A stretch of 64,000 bases of DNA from Balanoglossus misakiensis (lineage: Eukaryota > Animalia > Hemichordata). The stretch is from assembly GCA_040954595.2 (NCBI GenBank), contig CM082589.2, positions 4,292,213 to 4,356,212 of the forward strand, given 5' to 3'. The notes beneath the pieces are model-generated. The model had not been told where the DNA came from and made no database searches. It saw only the letters and a program-made list of their open reading frames with translations. The position numbers and the translations under genes are program-made. Shown here piece after piece: positions 40,301 through 51,413 of the stretch. How positions within the stretch are numbered: position 1 is the stretch's first letter; every line of letters begins with the position of its first letter.

Positions 40301-43300
40301 TCTAATGTTCTTGTGAGCAGTAAGAGAGAAAAGAGTAATTTAAGTATTAGCAGTTTCATTGCTATCCTTTTGAAATTATTTTACAATATTAACTAATTTA
40401 GTCCTTAGAGTCCTAACTACCGGTATAGCATAATCCTTAACCCTATTTCTGATACCAATCTCTACCCCGCACACAAATCACCATGACTCAGGATCAGCTG
40501 GACTTTGCTTCATTTCTTGCAAATATATCCAAAGAAGTGAGCTGAGAATCAAAGTTTTATATTCTCATACTGTATTTTCACTAACCGTTTGCTGTGCTTG
40601 ATTTGACAACAGTAGTTTTGTCTTTTACCATAACATTTTACTGTACAATCCTGCTGCTGTGCTATTTCAGTAATGTTCCAATTTGGTTCTGTTGGGAAAA
40701 ACTATCACCATTGATGATTTGAATTACTCAAAAATGTCCATAATTCTCTTTTAACAGTATAACACAATATTTGTTTGACATTACAACATTTTTTTAATTT
40801 TTGTTTATGACTATAAACTAACAGCATTGGAGTTAATATTTGTGTGCGTTTCCAACTCAGTGAAGTGTGTGTGTACCTTGAATATAAAAAAGTAGTTTTA
40901 ATGCTTCATAAAATTATTCCAAATTAAAACAATTGTATTTCCCTCAGTCTGATTCCCATAAAAAAGCAGCTAAACTTAGAGAGGTAGGTATCTTCGTTAG
41001 TTTTCTTCTTCCCTGATTTTCTTACAACTGTGCATAAAATACTCTGTCAACCCCCCTCTCCCCTCCCCCTCCTCCCAGCATCTGTACCCAGCACTTACTA
41101 ACATTCAAAACCCCAGCACCAACTTTCCTTCCTTCTCTCTCTAACCACACAGGACTATTCTGTTACGCCAGACAACTATGCCAGGGTAAGCTAGCTATGC
41201 ACTAGTTCTAACCCTATGCTGCCATTATACTAACCTATCCCAACCTCTTCCAATAGTTTAACATCCGCCAGCACCCAAGTCTCAAATAAGCTAGTTATCG
41301 GCAGGGACTGTTTTATCGGGTAACGGTAGTAGACTCATGTGCTGTGCTGTAGATGTAGACTTATAGTTGTCAAAGTCCGTTTGGCTAGTCGATTAGTGTA
41401 GAAGTATAGAGTAGAAGTTATGTGTAGTTTAGAAGTGTTGTTAGTTTTATAGATACAGATAGAGATGAAGAAAGGCTAATTTTTCCTGGTCTTCAACTCT
41501 CGAAAAATAACCAAATAGCTAACCCTACAGTGCTTCCTATTACCCATTGCCTAATCCCTTGCTTTCCAAGGAACCTGAGTTGGAGAATTTACGAGAGGTA
41601 GGATATGTGTAGAGTAGGCAATAGGAAATGAGCCTTGTACAGAAGTAGTAGCAGATTAGCAGATTTTATGCCTGTTGATAGATATGTACATACAAGGTTA
41701 AGGGTGTTCTCTATACAAGGGAATGATTGTGTTCATAATATGAATATTAATAATTGTAATGTGTAATGTGTGCCTTTGAACCAATCAGAAGATGATGGTC
41801 ACTGCCATTTTCCTGGGAAAGATGTATGCCTGTGCTGTTCTTTCCAAATAATCATGGATAATTAGTATTCACAGTATTCCTTTACTAATTATGTAATGAA
41901 GGATAAAATTTATATTCTCTGAACTGTGACTTCAATATACATTACAGCAGTGTTCTTTTCAAGTATCGTACTGCATGAGGAGCCCAGTGCAGTTGCAACT
42001 GGGAGAGGGTTTGAATTGCGATGTCTCAAAATTTTATTTTCAAGTGTTGATAATTTTAGCCAGTGGGTAAGCGAACAAACAAATGTGTTTTTCTCGGCAG
42101 AAATGATCGATGTTAGATTTCCTGATCAATATCCGTGCAAGAACTATGAATAATACGTCAGTGTCGATATTGATTGTTCGCGATAAAATGTTTCCTTTCC
42201 GTTTCTTTTCAGGACGCCCGATCTGCTTCCCCGCCACTTCCTTCCCAGAGATCTCGAGTCGGCGACAATCAGGATGTCATCCAGGCGCTGTCAGCCATGC
42301 GCCGGCAGCTACGCGACGAACAGTCGCGCATTCAGCAACAGTTGCACCTGCGCGACGACCGCTCGCGGATTCACCACCAGCTTCAGGACAGAGAAGTAAG
42401 TGATATTTCCAGTTTGTGCGCACACAGAAATATATTTAATCTGTTGCTTTTTGAAAACATAGATATTGATTTCATCGATCTGTTGAATGGCAGTCAATTT
42501 AGTATGAATGTATTATTATAATATTGATCACAGCATTTCCCTATTACGCATATGTCAATTGCCTGCCCTATTGTATGTACGTTTGACGTCACAGTGTCCT
42601 AATGATGTTTCTCAGCTGAAAATTTGTATGCAAAGCTGTGTGTACTTTCTGAGTGATACAAAAGCACCTGTAACTAAGTAATATGCAGACGGGGGTTCTT
42701 TCGATGGGTGTAAACAATATTGTCAGGAAAGTCAAGGCTGAAAAAGGGCAGTAAGCAGGAATCATGATGCAGAGAGGTTGTGTGTGGTTGCGTATTGTAC
42801 GTCTATGCTGACAGCCATAATCAGCAGTGTGTGGTTAGGTCTTTGCTAAACGCTGTAAACTGCAGTGTAAAAAACAACGACATTACTTCGCAATGTCCAA
42901 AGAAGAACTTCAGAATTTGTGCGAAAAACTGGACAAGGTCCTGGGAGTTGTGACCAGCGTTGATGCTAGGTGGAATGAACTCGGTCGGAAGATAATGGAA
43001 GATCGGGAAGAGAATTCCTCGACGGTATCTGGGGATGGCAGGAATGATGTCAGCGTTCAGCTGCTGGACATGTTCAAAGAGATGAAGTCGGTGTGGAACG
43101 ACGTCAGAGGCATTATGAAAGCCAAGGAAGAGTCTCGAGCCGATTTGGAGAAAAGCGGGGACAAAAACCTCAGCGGTTCTCCGGGAATTTCAGACAGAAA
43201 TGATTCACCGTCGAGACTCGCAGAAAACAACGCAGTTCAGAAATGGGAGAGCGTTTTGCAGGTCGACCGCATTTTCAGATACATCGATTTGAAAATGCAA

Positions 43301-46300
43301 GAACTGCAAGACGAAATGAGGATAAATGGTGACATTTCTGACAAACTTGACATCCTTCTGAAAAGACTTGATAAGGTATAAGACATGATTGTGTCGAACA
43401 CAGAGGGGACTTGCATGTAAAGTCGCTTGTGGAAGGCTTGTGTGTGATGTACTTTAATTAATTTCAGAGTTAGTCAGACCACATGCCTGAAATGATTTCT
43501 GTGGAACTTGTCACAGTGGCAGTGTGTCCGATTTGTTTTGCAGTGCAATCCACTGCAGCTGACATGCACATGTTATAACCATTGATCATTTCCATGCTCA
43601 TTTTGCAGTACGATTCTTACGAGCCACCGTACAGAAAGCGGACCCCCCAGGTGGATGTCTTTGAGATGGCCCGAAACAAGGAAGCCGTGTATCCACGGAA
43701 ACAGACTCCAGCTGATCTGCAAAACCTGTCGGAATTCAATGCCCTCAAAAATAAAGGTATGTGAAATAACACTGCATGGTTGACAATACGAAAACATTTA
43801 ATTTGACTTCTCTATTATATTACAGTGATTCTGGTTTGAAGTCTTTCATGCATGCATTGTTTTTATCGTTTCATCTGTTGCATTTTCGTTGGACATTTGA
43901 TGGTCCATTCATACATTGCATACAACAAGAGTTTACACAAGCTTTGTCCATGTCCTCCCACACTTCAATGTGATTGTGAGATTGTGATCTGACCACGAGG
44001 TATCCAACATCAAACTCTTATCCCTGGCCAAAAATAAGGCATACTTAAAAATGAGACAACTACCAGAGAAACACACACATATTGGTGCACAAGTAAAATT
44101 GACAATTTGGACATTTTATCTGTCTGCACTTTTTATGGCTGCCACACTCAAGTAGAATGAATCAATTGAGATTTTCCGTCAGCTGAGGGCAGTTTCCTTT
44201 TTGGACTCGACATGATATAATCATAAAACTCTGGTGTCCCTGTTTGCTGCTTAGGTGGTCGTTCCAGACAAGAGTTTCGCAGACACTACCCCGACCAACC
44301 CAAGTCTAACTCAGTGTTAGAAGCACAACAGCAGGCCCTCATACAGCAACAAGAAGAAAAACTGGAGGCAATCAGGCGAGGTACTGCAAATCGAAAATTG
44401 TGAAAGTCTTCATTGGTTGATCTTTTTTGGAGATTATTACATATTATGAAAATAAAACTCAAAACGATTACTTTCAAAGACGCTTAACACTTGAACAGAA
44501 ATTGCAATAAAAACCCTTCTCTTACCTTATGCACCAAAAATAATAGTAGCACACACCCCTACTACATTCCTTCTATTTCAAAATTTATATTTTATAAAAA
44601 AAAAACATTATCCATTCTGACACTTCACAATATGATAATACATACCAATTTTTCTTTTAGATTATTTCACTTTCATTTTTATTTTATGCATGTGTATTTA
44701 ATTTCACTCAAGACAGTTTTTTGTACAATTTGTTTTTTCCTCCACTCTGATTGGCCGTCTGTCACCATCACACCTCCCACCCCACCTGTCACCACAGCCT
44801 ATGAGAAGATAGGTAGGATTGATCAACAGTACACCTACACCTGGATCACTGTGTGCTGTGCCATATTAAACGACAACTAACTATGCCTTTCCTCTTTTTT
44901 TTCATTCTTCTTCGTAATTGTGTATGTGTGTCTTCTTGCAACTAACTTTCACTCACCGCAGCACTCAAAAGTGCAGGTATGAGCTACAAGCATGGTGTTA
45001 GTGTTAACACAGCAGTGAATTGATTTTATTAGGTAGCGTGTGTGTGTTGGCTTCTAGTCATATCTGAATACCAGCTGAAATCCAGATATTAGTCAGATAG
45101 AAGTTTTCACAACAAATAATGCATGCTAAGTGTGTTCTTATTGTAGTAATTCTACCATCATACCCTTTCCACATAACTGTTCCATTTTGTAACTAGTGTG
45201 TCTTTTAGTTGTAAACAATGCATGCTCCTGTTTGTATTAAGGATGAATGATCTGTGATTTAGAAAGTGTTGTCATTTCGTTTAAGTTTTAGGCTGCTTTA
45301 TAAAATTTAAGGTTTTGAATTTAGCCATTACATGGGGGAAATGCTGGGTAGTTTTACTCTACATTTTTTGTGTGTGTAATAGTTGATGATGTCGTTGTTT
45401 CTATTTATAGGGAGAACAAATACAGAACGAGACATGCCTGGGATGAATCCAAGAGACTTGGGACGGGTGAGTTGTTCGATAATAGTCAGTGATCTCTTGT
45501 CAGTGTTGCAGGTATTCTAGGTAAACTGGTAATCCATGCTTTGTACGTTTCCAGTAGTAACCCATACTTTCATTCATCAATGTTCGCATTCACTCTCGGT
45601 TGGTGAAGGCAGAGGGGACCCGTGCTCTGCATACAACTGTGTACATGTCTGCAGTCTAACAATGCCTGTCTCTGTCTAAGCTCACCCTCTGCAAAGTATG
45701 CTGATCTAAAGTCTTAACACCGCCAAGAGTCTTTATGTCAAACATATCTGTACCTGTCTCCCTTTTATATGCACAGTGTATGTCAAAATACACATTGGAA
45801 AAAACTCCACCATCTTTCTTTGACTAAGTCTGAGCATTCAGTATTTTCCAATCTGTTAACCATGTCATGTATATCATACAATAAATGCACTTGACTTTAG
45901 TATATAATCACTGTATAAGTCGATTCTTGTACTCAACATTTTTTAAGACAAGAATTTTTGCAACCACACGCAGTTCAACCACCTGTCATTTTAATCTTCT
46001 GAAGCACTGAAATTGTTCACAAGACTGCATAATAACCAAAGGTTACACTTAAATAGAGCCACAAATCTAGAAAGATCACCAACACTGAACCACACAGAAA
46101 ATTTCTAGAGTCATCTCGATTCACAGGCAATTGTTAAGAATCACAATATTCAGTCACCGTGCATGCACAATGCTAACAAGCAGTTTGTCTGTCTCTCTGT
46201 CCGTCTGTCTGTTTGTGTAGGGGTATGAGTCCCCTTCCATGCCTTTGCCATCAGAGAGTGCATTCGTGAATGCCAACACAGGAGAGACAGAACTCCCTAG

Positions 46301-48164
46301 CACCCCTTTGGGTTACAAACCCTCCTCGGCTAGACAAAGAAGACGTGTGACCAGAGACTCTCCATCCCCAAAGGTACAGTATACATATATTATGACTTCA
46401 TATTGCCTGAAAATGAGTGATAGTTGTAGCAAAAATGCCCTGCCCGATAACAGAGTTCCAAGTCAAACCAGTGGATTTATAACAACAAAAATACTGGAAT
46501 GTAAGGCCAAATAGGAGCGATTTGCAGCATGAATGAAGCCTGTAGGATATAACCCTTGTACCACAGAGGTTTAGTCCATTATTTTCTGTGGTAAAATTAG
46601 ACCTAAACAAAGTTAATTGGGGTGGCTACACTGTATATAGAGGGGAAACGCAAACTATGATTATATTTATCGACCAGAGACTAACTCGTTTCATTTATTT
46701 GGATACACTTCACAGCAAGCAGATCCTATGGGTTCAGTGACCAGCTTTGATGTGGACGCGCTGGCCAAGAGGAATAAAGACCGATTAGAAGGCTTGAAGC
46801 GCTTGGAAGGTATGTCAAAACTATTGACAATTAACATATCCTTCATCCGTGAGCTATATTTTATAACGTCAATCAAGTGTGGAAGTACATTTGTGATAAT
46901 CTCTTCTGTATCTGTCTGTGGCTCTTTAAATTTCAATATTTGGCAAATTAATTGATGTGCTAAAACTAAAACTAAATGCCTAGTAAGTTGTTATGTGTAC
47001 TACTCATTGGTAATATATTATAGTGCTTTGATATTACCATAGATCTGTCTGTTGATCTTGATGTGACTAATGTTTTCTACTGTTCTGTGCTAACCTTTGT
47101 TGTGTGGACAATCTTCTATTGGCTTTTTTTGTTTTTGCTTTGATCTTACCTTTCAGCTGATGGTGACTCGTTGGCAGATCCGGACGAAGTCCTCAAGAGA
47201 TTCATGGCCAAGTCCAGCCACGACAGGTAAATCAATTAATCAATCAATCACTCTGTCAGTCAGTTACTCTGGCCATTAGCCAGTCAGTCAGTCAGTCAAT
47301 CTATGAATGAATCAATCAATCAGTCAGTCAGTCAGTCAAATCATGAAAGAGTTAGGTGAATGCTTACAAGTACATGGAATGACATGAGGATTGTATTTAG
47401 TACATGACTATATCAGTTACTAAGTGGTTTGTAGTGTTTTCTGAACTATTATAGTTGTCATCAGACTGTGACCAATTTGCCTAGACTGTAATTACTAATA
47501 TGCATGCTATTATTTTTTCACACACTTGCATAACTTTGGACACAACCAATAAAAATGTAAACAACCTTCACCCCATCAGCATAAGCACTAAATCGTTTAA
47601 GATTTGAAATTTGCAATGTGTTTCTGCATGATGTAAGTCACGTTTTATTTTGGATGTTGTTTAAATTCACAATCTTGGTCAGTCAGTTGTTTTTGTTGCT
47701 TTGACATATATGTTTTCTTGCGATGTTGCTTTGGCTAATACACTTCGCACAAATTCATTTGTGGTGTGATTTTCTGTTGTATTGCCCAAGGGCGGGCTTT
47801 TTTTACCATATTTTGTTTATCAAGACCTCACAGAATGTGTGATTGGTCGGTTGGAGTTATAACAAAATTTGAACTAAAAACCTGGCCAATAGCAACCTAT
47901 ACAGACCTGCCAATCAAATGATCTTGGAAATCCATGATATCTTTTTTGTTGATGTCCGTTTGTTTTGTTTGTTTGTTATTTTTTGTGGTTTGTTGGCTGT
48001 GAAATTATAATATATACAAGCTTACTAAATGTCATAGACATTTTCCCTTGCAGTGTTTAAAAATGATACTTTTTGACTTATGCATCTTTTATGTCTTTCT
48101 CCACAGACCACCCTCAGCAACTAGCCAAGACGCCTGGCTACGCCCCAGTGCAGTCGACGCCTGA
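7739..48164 (+). CDS. CSPP1: Centrosome and spindle pole-associated protein 1 (CSPP1) ortholog, multi-exon
   Basis: Spliced translation matches remembered CSPP1 blocks in order: [22 protein letters not shown] (cf. [20 protein letters not shown]), [21 protein letters not shown]|[69 protein letters not shown]|[26 protein letters not shown]...[75 protein letters not shown]. Core exons, all GT-AG and phase-consistent: 7739-7831, 10668-10731, 11102-11140, 11321-11421, 13113-13169, 13931-14008, 14212-14346, 15966-16246, 16404-16491, 17068-17123, 17666-17716, 18505-18568, 18750-18799, 19167-19240, 19487-19583, 21226-21283, 21397-21563, 21823-21923, 30811-31012, 31339-31453, 31547-31694, 31855-31956, 33390-33511, 33713-33862, 34091-34234, 34364-34411, 42213-42395, 43609-43756, 44255-44380, 45411-45466, 46221-46373, 46716-46809, 47157-47226, 48107-48164. 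Optional symmetric exons are listed separately. Confidence 0.93.
11742..11957. mobile_element. Possible MITE remnant with 16-bp inverted repeats
   Basis: ACACAGAATTCAACAT (11742-11757) / ATGTTGAATTCTGTGT (11942-11957). Confidence 0.45.
14616..14798 (+). CDS. CSPP1: Probable alternative CSPP1 exon, phase 0, 183 nt, Pro/Ser-rich
   Basis: TGCAG acceptor; open in frame ([10 protein letters not shown]...HIEDPV); GTCAGT donor; length divisible by 3. Confidence 0.55.
15528..15605. repeat. (TCAA)n/(TCAG)n simple repeat
   Basis: Directly visible; a similar tract lies at 47230-47340. Confidence 0.75.
15966..16246 (+). CDS. CSPP1: CSPP1 exon ending ...[17 protein letters not shown]
   Basis: Overlaps ORF 15975-16250; AG acceptor after a pyrimidine tract; AG|GTGAGA donor; conserved motif. 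Confidence 0.85.
16257..16345. mobile_element. piggyBac-type MITE, same family as 27131-27215
   Basis: Shares AGAGGTCCAACCTTACCATAGAAAACAATGGG..GGACTGAACCATGGTGGTGAAAGGGTTAA. Confidence 0.75.
22260..22716. repeat. (TATG)n microsatellite, ~450 bp, with TATCATG/TACATG interruptions
   Basis: Directly visible; explains the spurious MYVC/HTYI ORFs. Confidence 0.98.
23086..23590. mobile_element. Non-autonomous DNA transposon (MITE), TTAA-flanked, Kolobok-like termini
   Basis: TTAA|AGGCACGTAAGCTGCAACT ... AGTTACAGCTTACGTGCCT|TTAA; ~19-bp TIR with one mismatch; no credible ORF. Confidence 0.8.
23980..30323 (+). CDS. CSPP1: Cluster of ~10 phase-1 symmetric cassette exons of CSPP1
   Basis: 23980-24006, 24194-24223, 24570-24671, 25596-25652, 25843-25923, 26337-26417, 26749-26823, 28097-28180, 28407-28469, 29006-29047, 30210-30323. 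Each is AG..GT bounded, stop-free in the CSPP1 frame and a multiple of 3 long. Confidence 0.6.
27131..27215. mobile_element. 85-bp piggyBac-type MITE
   Basis: TTAA|CCCTTTCACC ... GGTGAAAGGG|TTAA; related copies at ~16257-16345, ~29707-29798, ~56563-56631 and ~61106-61175. Confidence 0.8.
27220..27882. mobile_element. TTAA-flanked non-autonomous transposon with long subterminal inverted repeats (Kolobok-like)
   Basis: TTAA|AAGGACAAAGTCTCTCTCT ... AGAGAGAGACTTTGTCCCT|TTAA; ~27293-27418 is the reverse complement of ~27703-27808; three internal AAAATGGCCGCC repeats. Confidence 0.78.
31547..31694 (+). CDS. CSPP1: CSPP1 exon containing [12 protein letters not shown]
   Basis: Hallmark CSPP1/CCDC66-family motif inside ORF 31532-31858; bounded by CAG and GTAAG. 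Confidence 0.92.
33390..34234 (+). CDS. CSPP1: CSPP1 central coiled-coil exons (33390-33511, 33713-33862, 34091-34234)
   Basis: [31 protein letters not shown]|[50 protein letters not shown] resembles the vertebrate CSPP1 coiled coil. Confidence 0.9.
33909..34057. mobile_element. Tc1/mariner (pogo/Tigger-like) MITE occupying most of a CSPP1 intron
   Basis: TA|CAGTCGAACCTGT ... ACAGGTTTGACTG|TA; internal TATAGACAGGT-like repeats. Confidence 0.8.
34737..41597 (+). CDS. CSPP1: Cluster of ~12 phase-0 symmetric cassette exons of CSPP1
   Basis: 34737-34820, 35975-36004, 36696-37181, 37616-37816, 38021-38056, 38255-38329, 39384-39413, 39738-39773, 40492-40536, 40948-40983, 41153-41185, 41571-41597. 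All AG..GT(A/G)AG-type, in frame and multiples of 3. Confidence 0.65.
36696..37181 (+). CDS. CSPP1: Large 486-nt in-frame CSPP1 exon, charged and Pro-rich, probably disordered
   Basis: Core of ORF 36633-37301; CTCAG acceptor, GTGAGT donor; coding-like GC content. Confidence 0.75.
37616..37816 (+). CDS. In-frame exon encoding a SAM (sterile alpha motif)-like domain
   Basis: [67 protein letters not shown] fits the SAM pattern (V..WL.SI..L..Y...F...GY....L..L....L....I.KLGH...I); CACAG acceptor, CAG|GTAG donor; 201 nt. Confidence 0.75.
39835..40110. repeat. Degenerate pentanucleotide repeat (TGTGC/TGTAC/TGTTC)
   Basis: 5-bp periodic TGTNN pattern; yields spurious Cys/Val-rich ORFs. Confidence 0.65.
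42866..43375 (+). CDS. 510-nt phase-0 exon encoding a helical/coiled-coil segment, probably an alternative CSPP1 exon
   Basis: ORF 42893-43381 extends upstream in frame to a TGCAG acceptor ending at 42865; donor AAG|GTATA at 43376. Confidence 0.6.
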
Positions 48165-50213
48165 CAACGATGAAAGATACACATGCAACAGACAATACCA
48201 GGAATATGCCATCGTGAATGTGTAATGCACATGGTGTAAATCCTATGAGGTTGCTGTCTTTAAAATATTCCAGGGAAACCAGCTGAACCTGATCAGTATT
48301 CAGAAGTGGATTATCGTTTTGTAAAAGCATTTACCAGATTTTTTTGCGACCACAGATGGGGACCGTCGAGGAAAACCACAGGAAAACATAGACACCTTCT
48401 GCACAGATTTAAACTGTGTTGAACTCAACTGGGCCATTACGTACAGATGAAAATGCTACTTAGATTTTAGGACCAGTCAAAACCTACAGAAAAAAGTGGC
48501 TTTGATTGGCTGTCTACTTTGAAAGTCGACGGAAATTATGATGTATGTTTAGCATATAGCGAACAACTCACTTAATATATCATGACTGAAATTTACACTG
48601 TGTTCATCACAGTCAATATTGTACAGTTCTCAGAGGTGATGACACCAGTGCTGGGTTTATGGACGAGTGTTGTGTCAATAAATGTAATTGCCATGAAAAC
48701 CAGTTATAGTGGCTTCATCGCCGTAAACCACGACCTCTTTACAGCAACAGTTTTTGAGTTGCTCTCTCTCTCTCTCTCTCTCGCAGAGATAGATGATGAT
48801 ATATTTAGGAAAGCTGAACAATGAATTAGTTTACAAGAATAGTAAATAATTTAGAGAATAAAATTAAAAAGAAATATTTATGTTGTGCACAAATATATTA
48901 TGCTCACATTATTTTGTGATGTTTCTGTTGCCTTTTTTTCTAAGGAAATTTAGATGTATAATATTTCATGACAGATTATTTGCTTATTTTCATATAATGA
49001 TTTGTCAATAAAACATCCTCAAAAAATCTTATGTTAGTCAACATTGTCACACACAAAAAACATCTTCTTGCAGTGGATGAATGTATTTTGTGAATTTCAA
49101 GGCACCTCGAAGAAAGATGAGTTCTAATATTTATATATAATTGTGATTAGATATTTACTGGCACACTGACATAACTTTAAATTTACTATGGTGTGTCTGT
49201 TCAATCTCCCTTTTAAAAGAAGTTTTGTAAATAATATTGAATATGCCAAGACGTAGGGAGAGAAGGGGGAAAAGAAACATTTTGTTGTACATTGTTTCTT
49301 CCATGATCCAAAGCCTTGAGATATTTATTTGCACTGTTAACTTGTACAGTGCAGATAGTCACAGCTTTACTGTTGTGGCTACATTTATACTTAGAGACAC
49401 TTATAATTGTTATGTTTGTTATATCAGTACTTCTTTTGTGAAGCTATGTTGTAACATTTTCTTTCCTTGATATTTCATTGCCTTGGATGTTTCTTGTTTG
49501 CTTCTGTATATAAGAACCTTCCCTAATCACTTGTTAATAATAAATTGCATAGAAAATACAATGAGAATATCTCTGGTTTTCATTCTTTGTTGTTTTTTTT
49601 GTTACGGCAGAAAAACCGGGAGCACACAATGGAGTCTGTGGTTCAACAACATAATAATTAATTGAACACCTAGCCTTCTAAAATCAAAAGGTTGCACAGA
49701 AAAAAAATGTTCTATGTGTTTTACCTTGCTTGGTCGAGGAGTTACCGAGTCCACAAAAGTCCTGGCCGAACTCAAGCCTCCCCAAGGCACAGAAGTACAT
49801 TGCTGACAAAGTCCGACATTCACAGAAGCCAGTTGCTCACAAGAGTCCGTTGATCACACAAAGTCCGTTGCTCACACAAAGTCCGTTGCTCACAGAATCC
49901 AGCCCAGCTAGGTAAATTCCTAATTCCCAAGGCGATGTGAAGTGACATGCTCCTCCGAGTCAGTGCCTCGTGGTTTTTGTGAGAAGGCCTTTCATACGGG
50001 TGACCATCTGGTTATTACTAATATTTAAATGAACAAGTTGAAAAGGCAGGGCCTTTTGTTATGCAAAGAAAAAGCTACCCTTCTCTCGACCAAGCAACTA
50101 AACAGGGTGTGTCGTAACAATGTGCACTTGTGTGTGTCTGTCTGCCTGAGGTATGTATGTACTGTAGAGCAATAAAATGTATATTGTGTAGAGCTGGCGG
50201 GTAGATAGAGTGT

Positions 50214-50245
<32 letters not shown>

Positions 50246-50332
50246 GGAGCATGTCCAACTCATAAAGGCATGCATGCTACATGTATGTATAAACTGAATA
50301 TACACTTTCACTTTCTATATACGTTGATCTAT

Positions 50333-50345
50333 TTTATTCAATAAA
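50333..50345. terminator. Back-to-back poly(A) signals TTTATTCAATAAA (AATAAA on both strands) between convergent CSPP1 and PREB
   Basis: AATAAA on - at 50333-50338 and on + at 50340-50345; GT-rich sequence follows on +. Confidence 0.5.
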
Positions 50346-51413
50346 TACCCACAAATAATGAACATCGCATGTGTTGGCTGTTGATGCAGAATACATAAAA
50401 TGAACTTGTACATGACTCTCATGTTATTAATAATGCCTGGCAGATAATTTCAAGATCAATGGTACATGTACAAATAGAAACAAGGTTTCAATTATAAAAG
50501 CTGGCATACAATACTCTCTTCTCTAAATTATTCCAAAGCACTTGAAATAAAATTTAAAACACTGGACACATGACTTTGTGTCACACTGTTGACCTCCAAT
50601 CAAATACACCTTACCCCTCCCATACATGATATGCTTCGAGTAGGAAACACCCAAAAATCAATCCATAATCATCCAGACAACACATGAAGAATGGCATGGA
50701 AAGGGTCGTTTTGACATAAAATCTCATAAATAATTGCACTTAATTGGAATAGATTCCCATCAATTAAAAAACAAAAACCCCTAGCACTTGTTTTCTTGAA
50801 ACTAAACTGAACATGTCAACGGCAGTACCCTTCCTTATCAAAATAAAAACTCAAAGATAACTCCCAACCAAAATTTCCTTTTTTTTTAAATTGCCACAAG
50901 GATTTGTTTCAGGTTAGTTCAATTTACAATCTCCAAAATGATGTTCGAATACAGCTTTCCCTTTTCTCAATGATGTCAGTCAGTTGGTCCTGTGATGACA
51001 TTATTTGTTCATTTATCTAATGATGCCAGTCCGCTGCCCTCTAAAATTACACCATTTTGTCAATTATTCCCCTGACGAAGTTGCTGACAAGGCCTGCTGC
51101 CCAATATACCATAATGTTGCCTTATTTCTCCCTGGGTCTGTTGGGTGGCAGCCATGAGATCATTCAGTCACCTTTCCATTCGATGATGTCATCTGTGCAG
51201 TTGTGGCACAGCCGTCTTCAGGTGATGTCATCATAACGCGAGCTAGTCCTTTGATGATGTAATCCAACCAGTGGAAGCAAGCTTGTTCTCTGATGTCATC
51301 CAGCCAAGTTGTTCTCAATTCAGTTTACAATCACCATCCCCCAAAAGAGTCAATGAACCAGCTCTCTCAAATACATGACTGCTACACACATACAGGGCTT
51401 CCAACAAATAGTT

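Noticed and set aside
49830-49895. Short direct repeats resembling a CRISPR array
   Set aside because: Contiguous 18-bp tandem units without unique spacers, in a eukaryotic context with no cas genes
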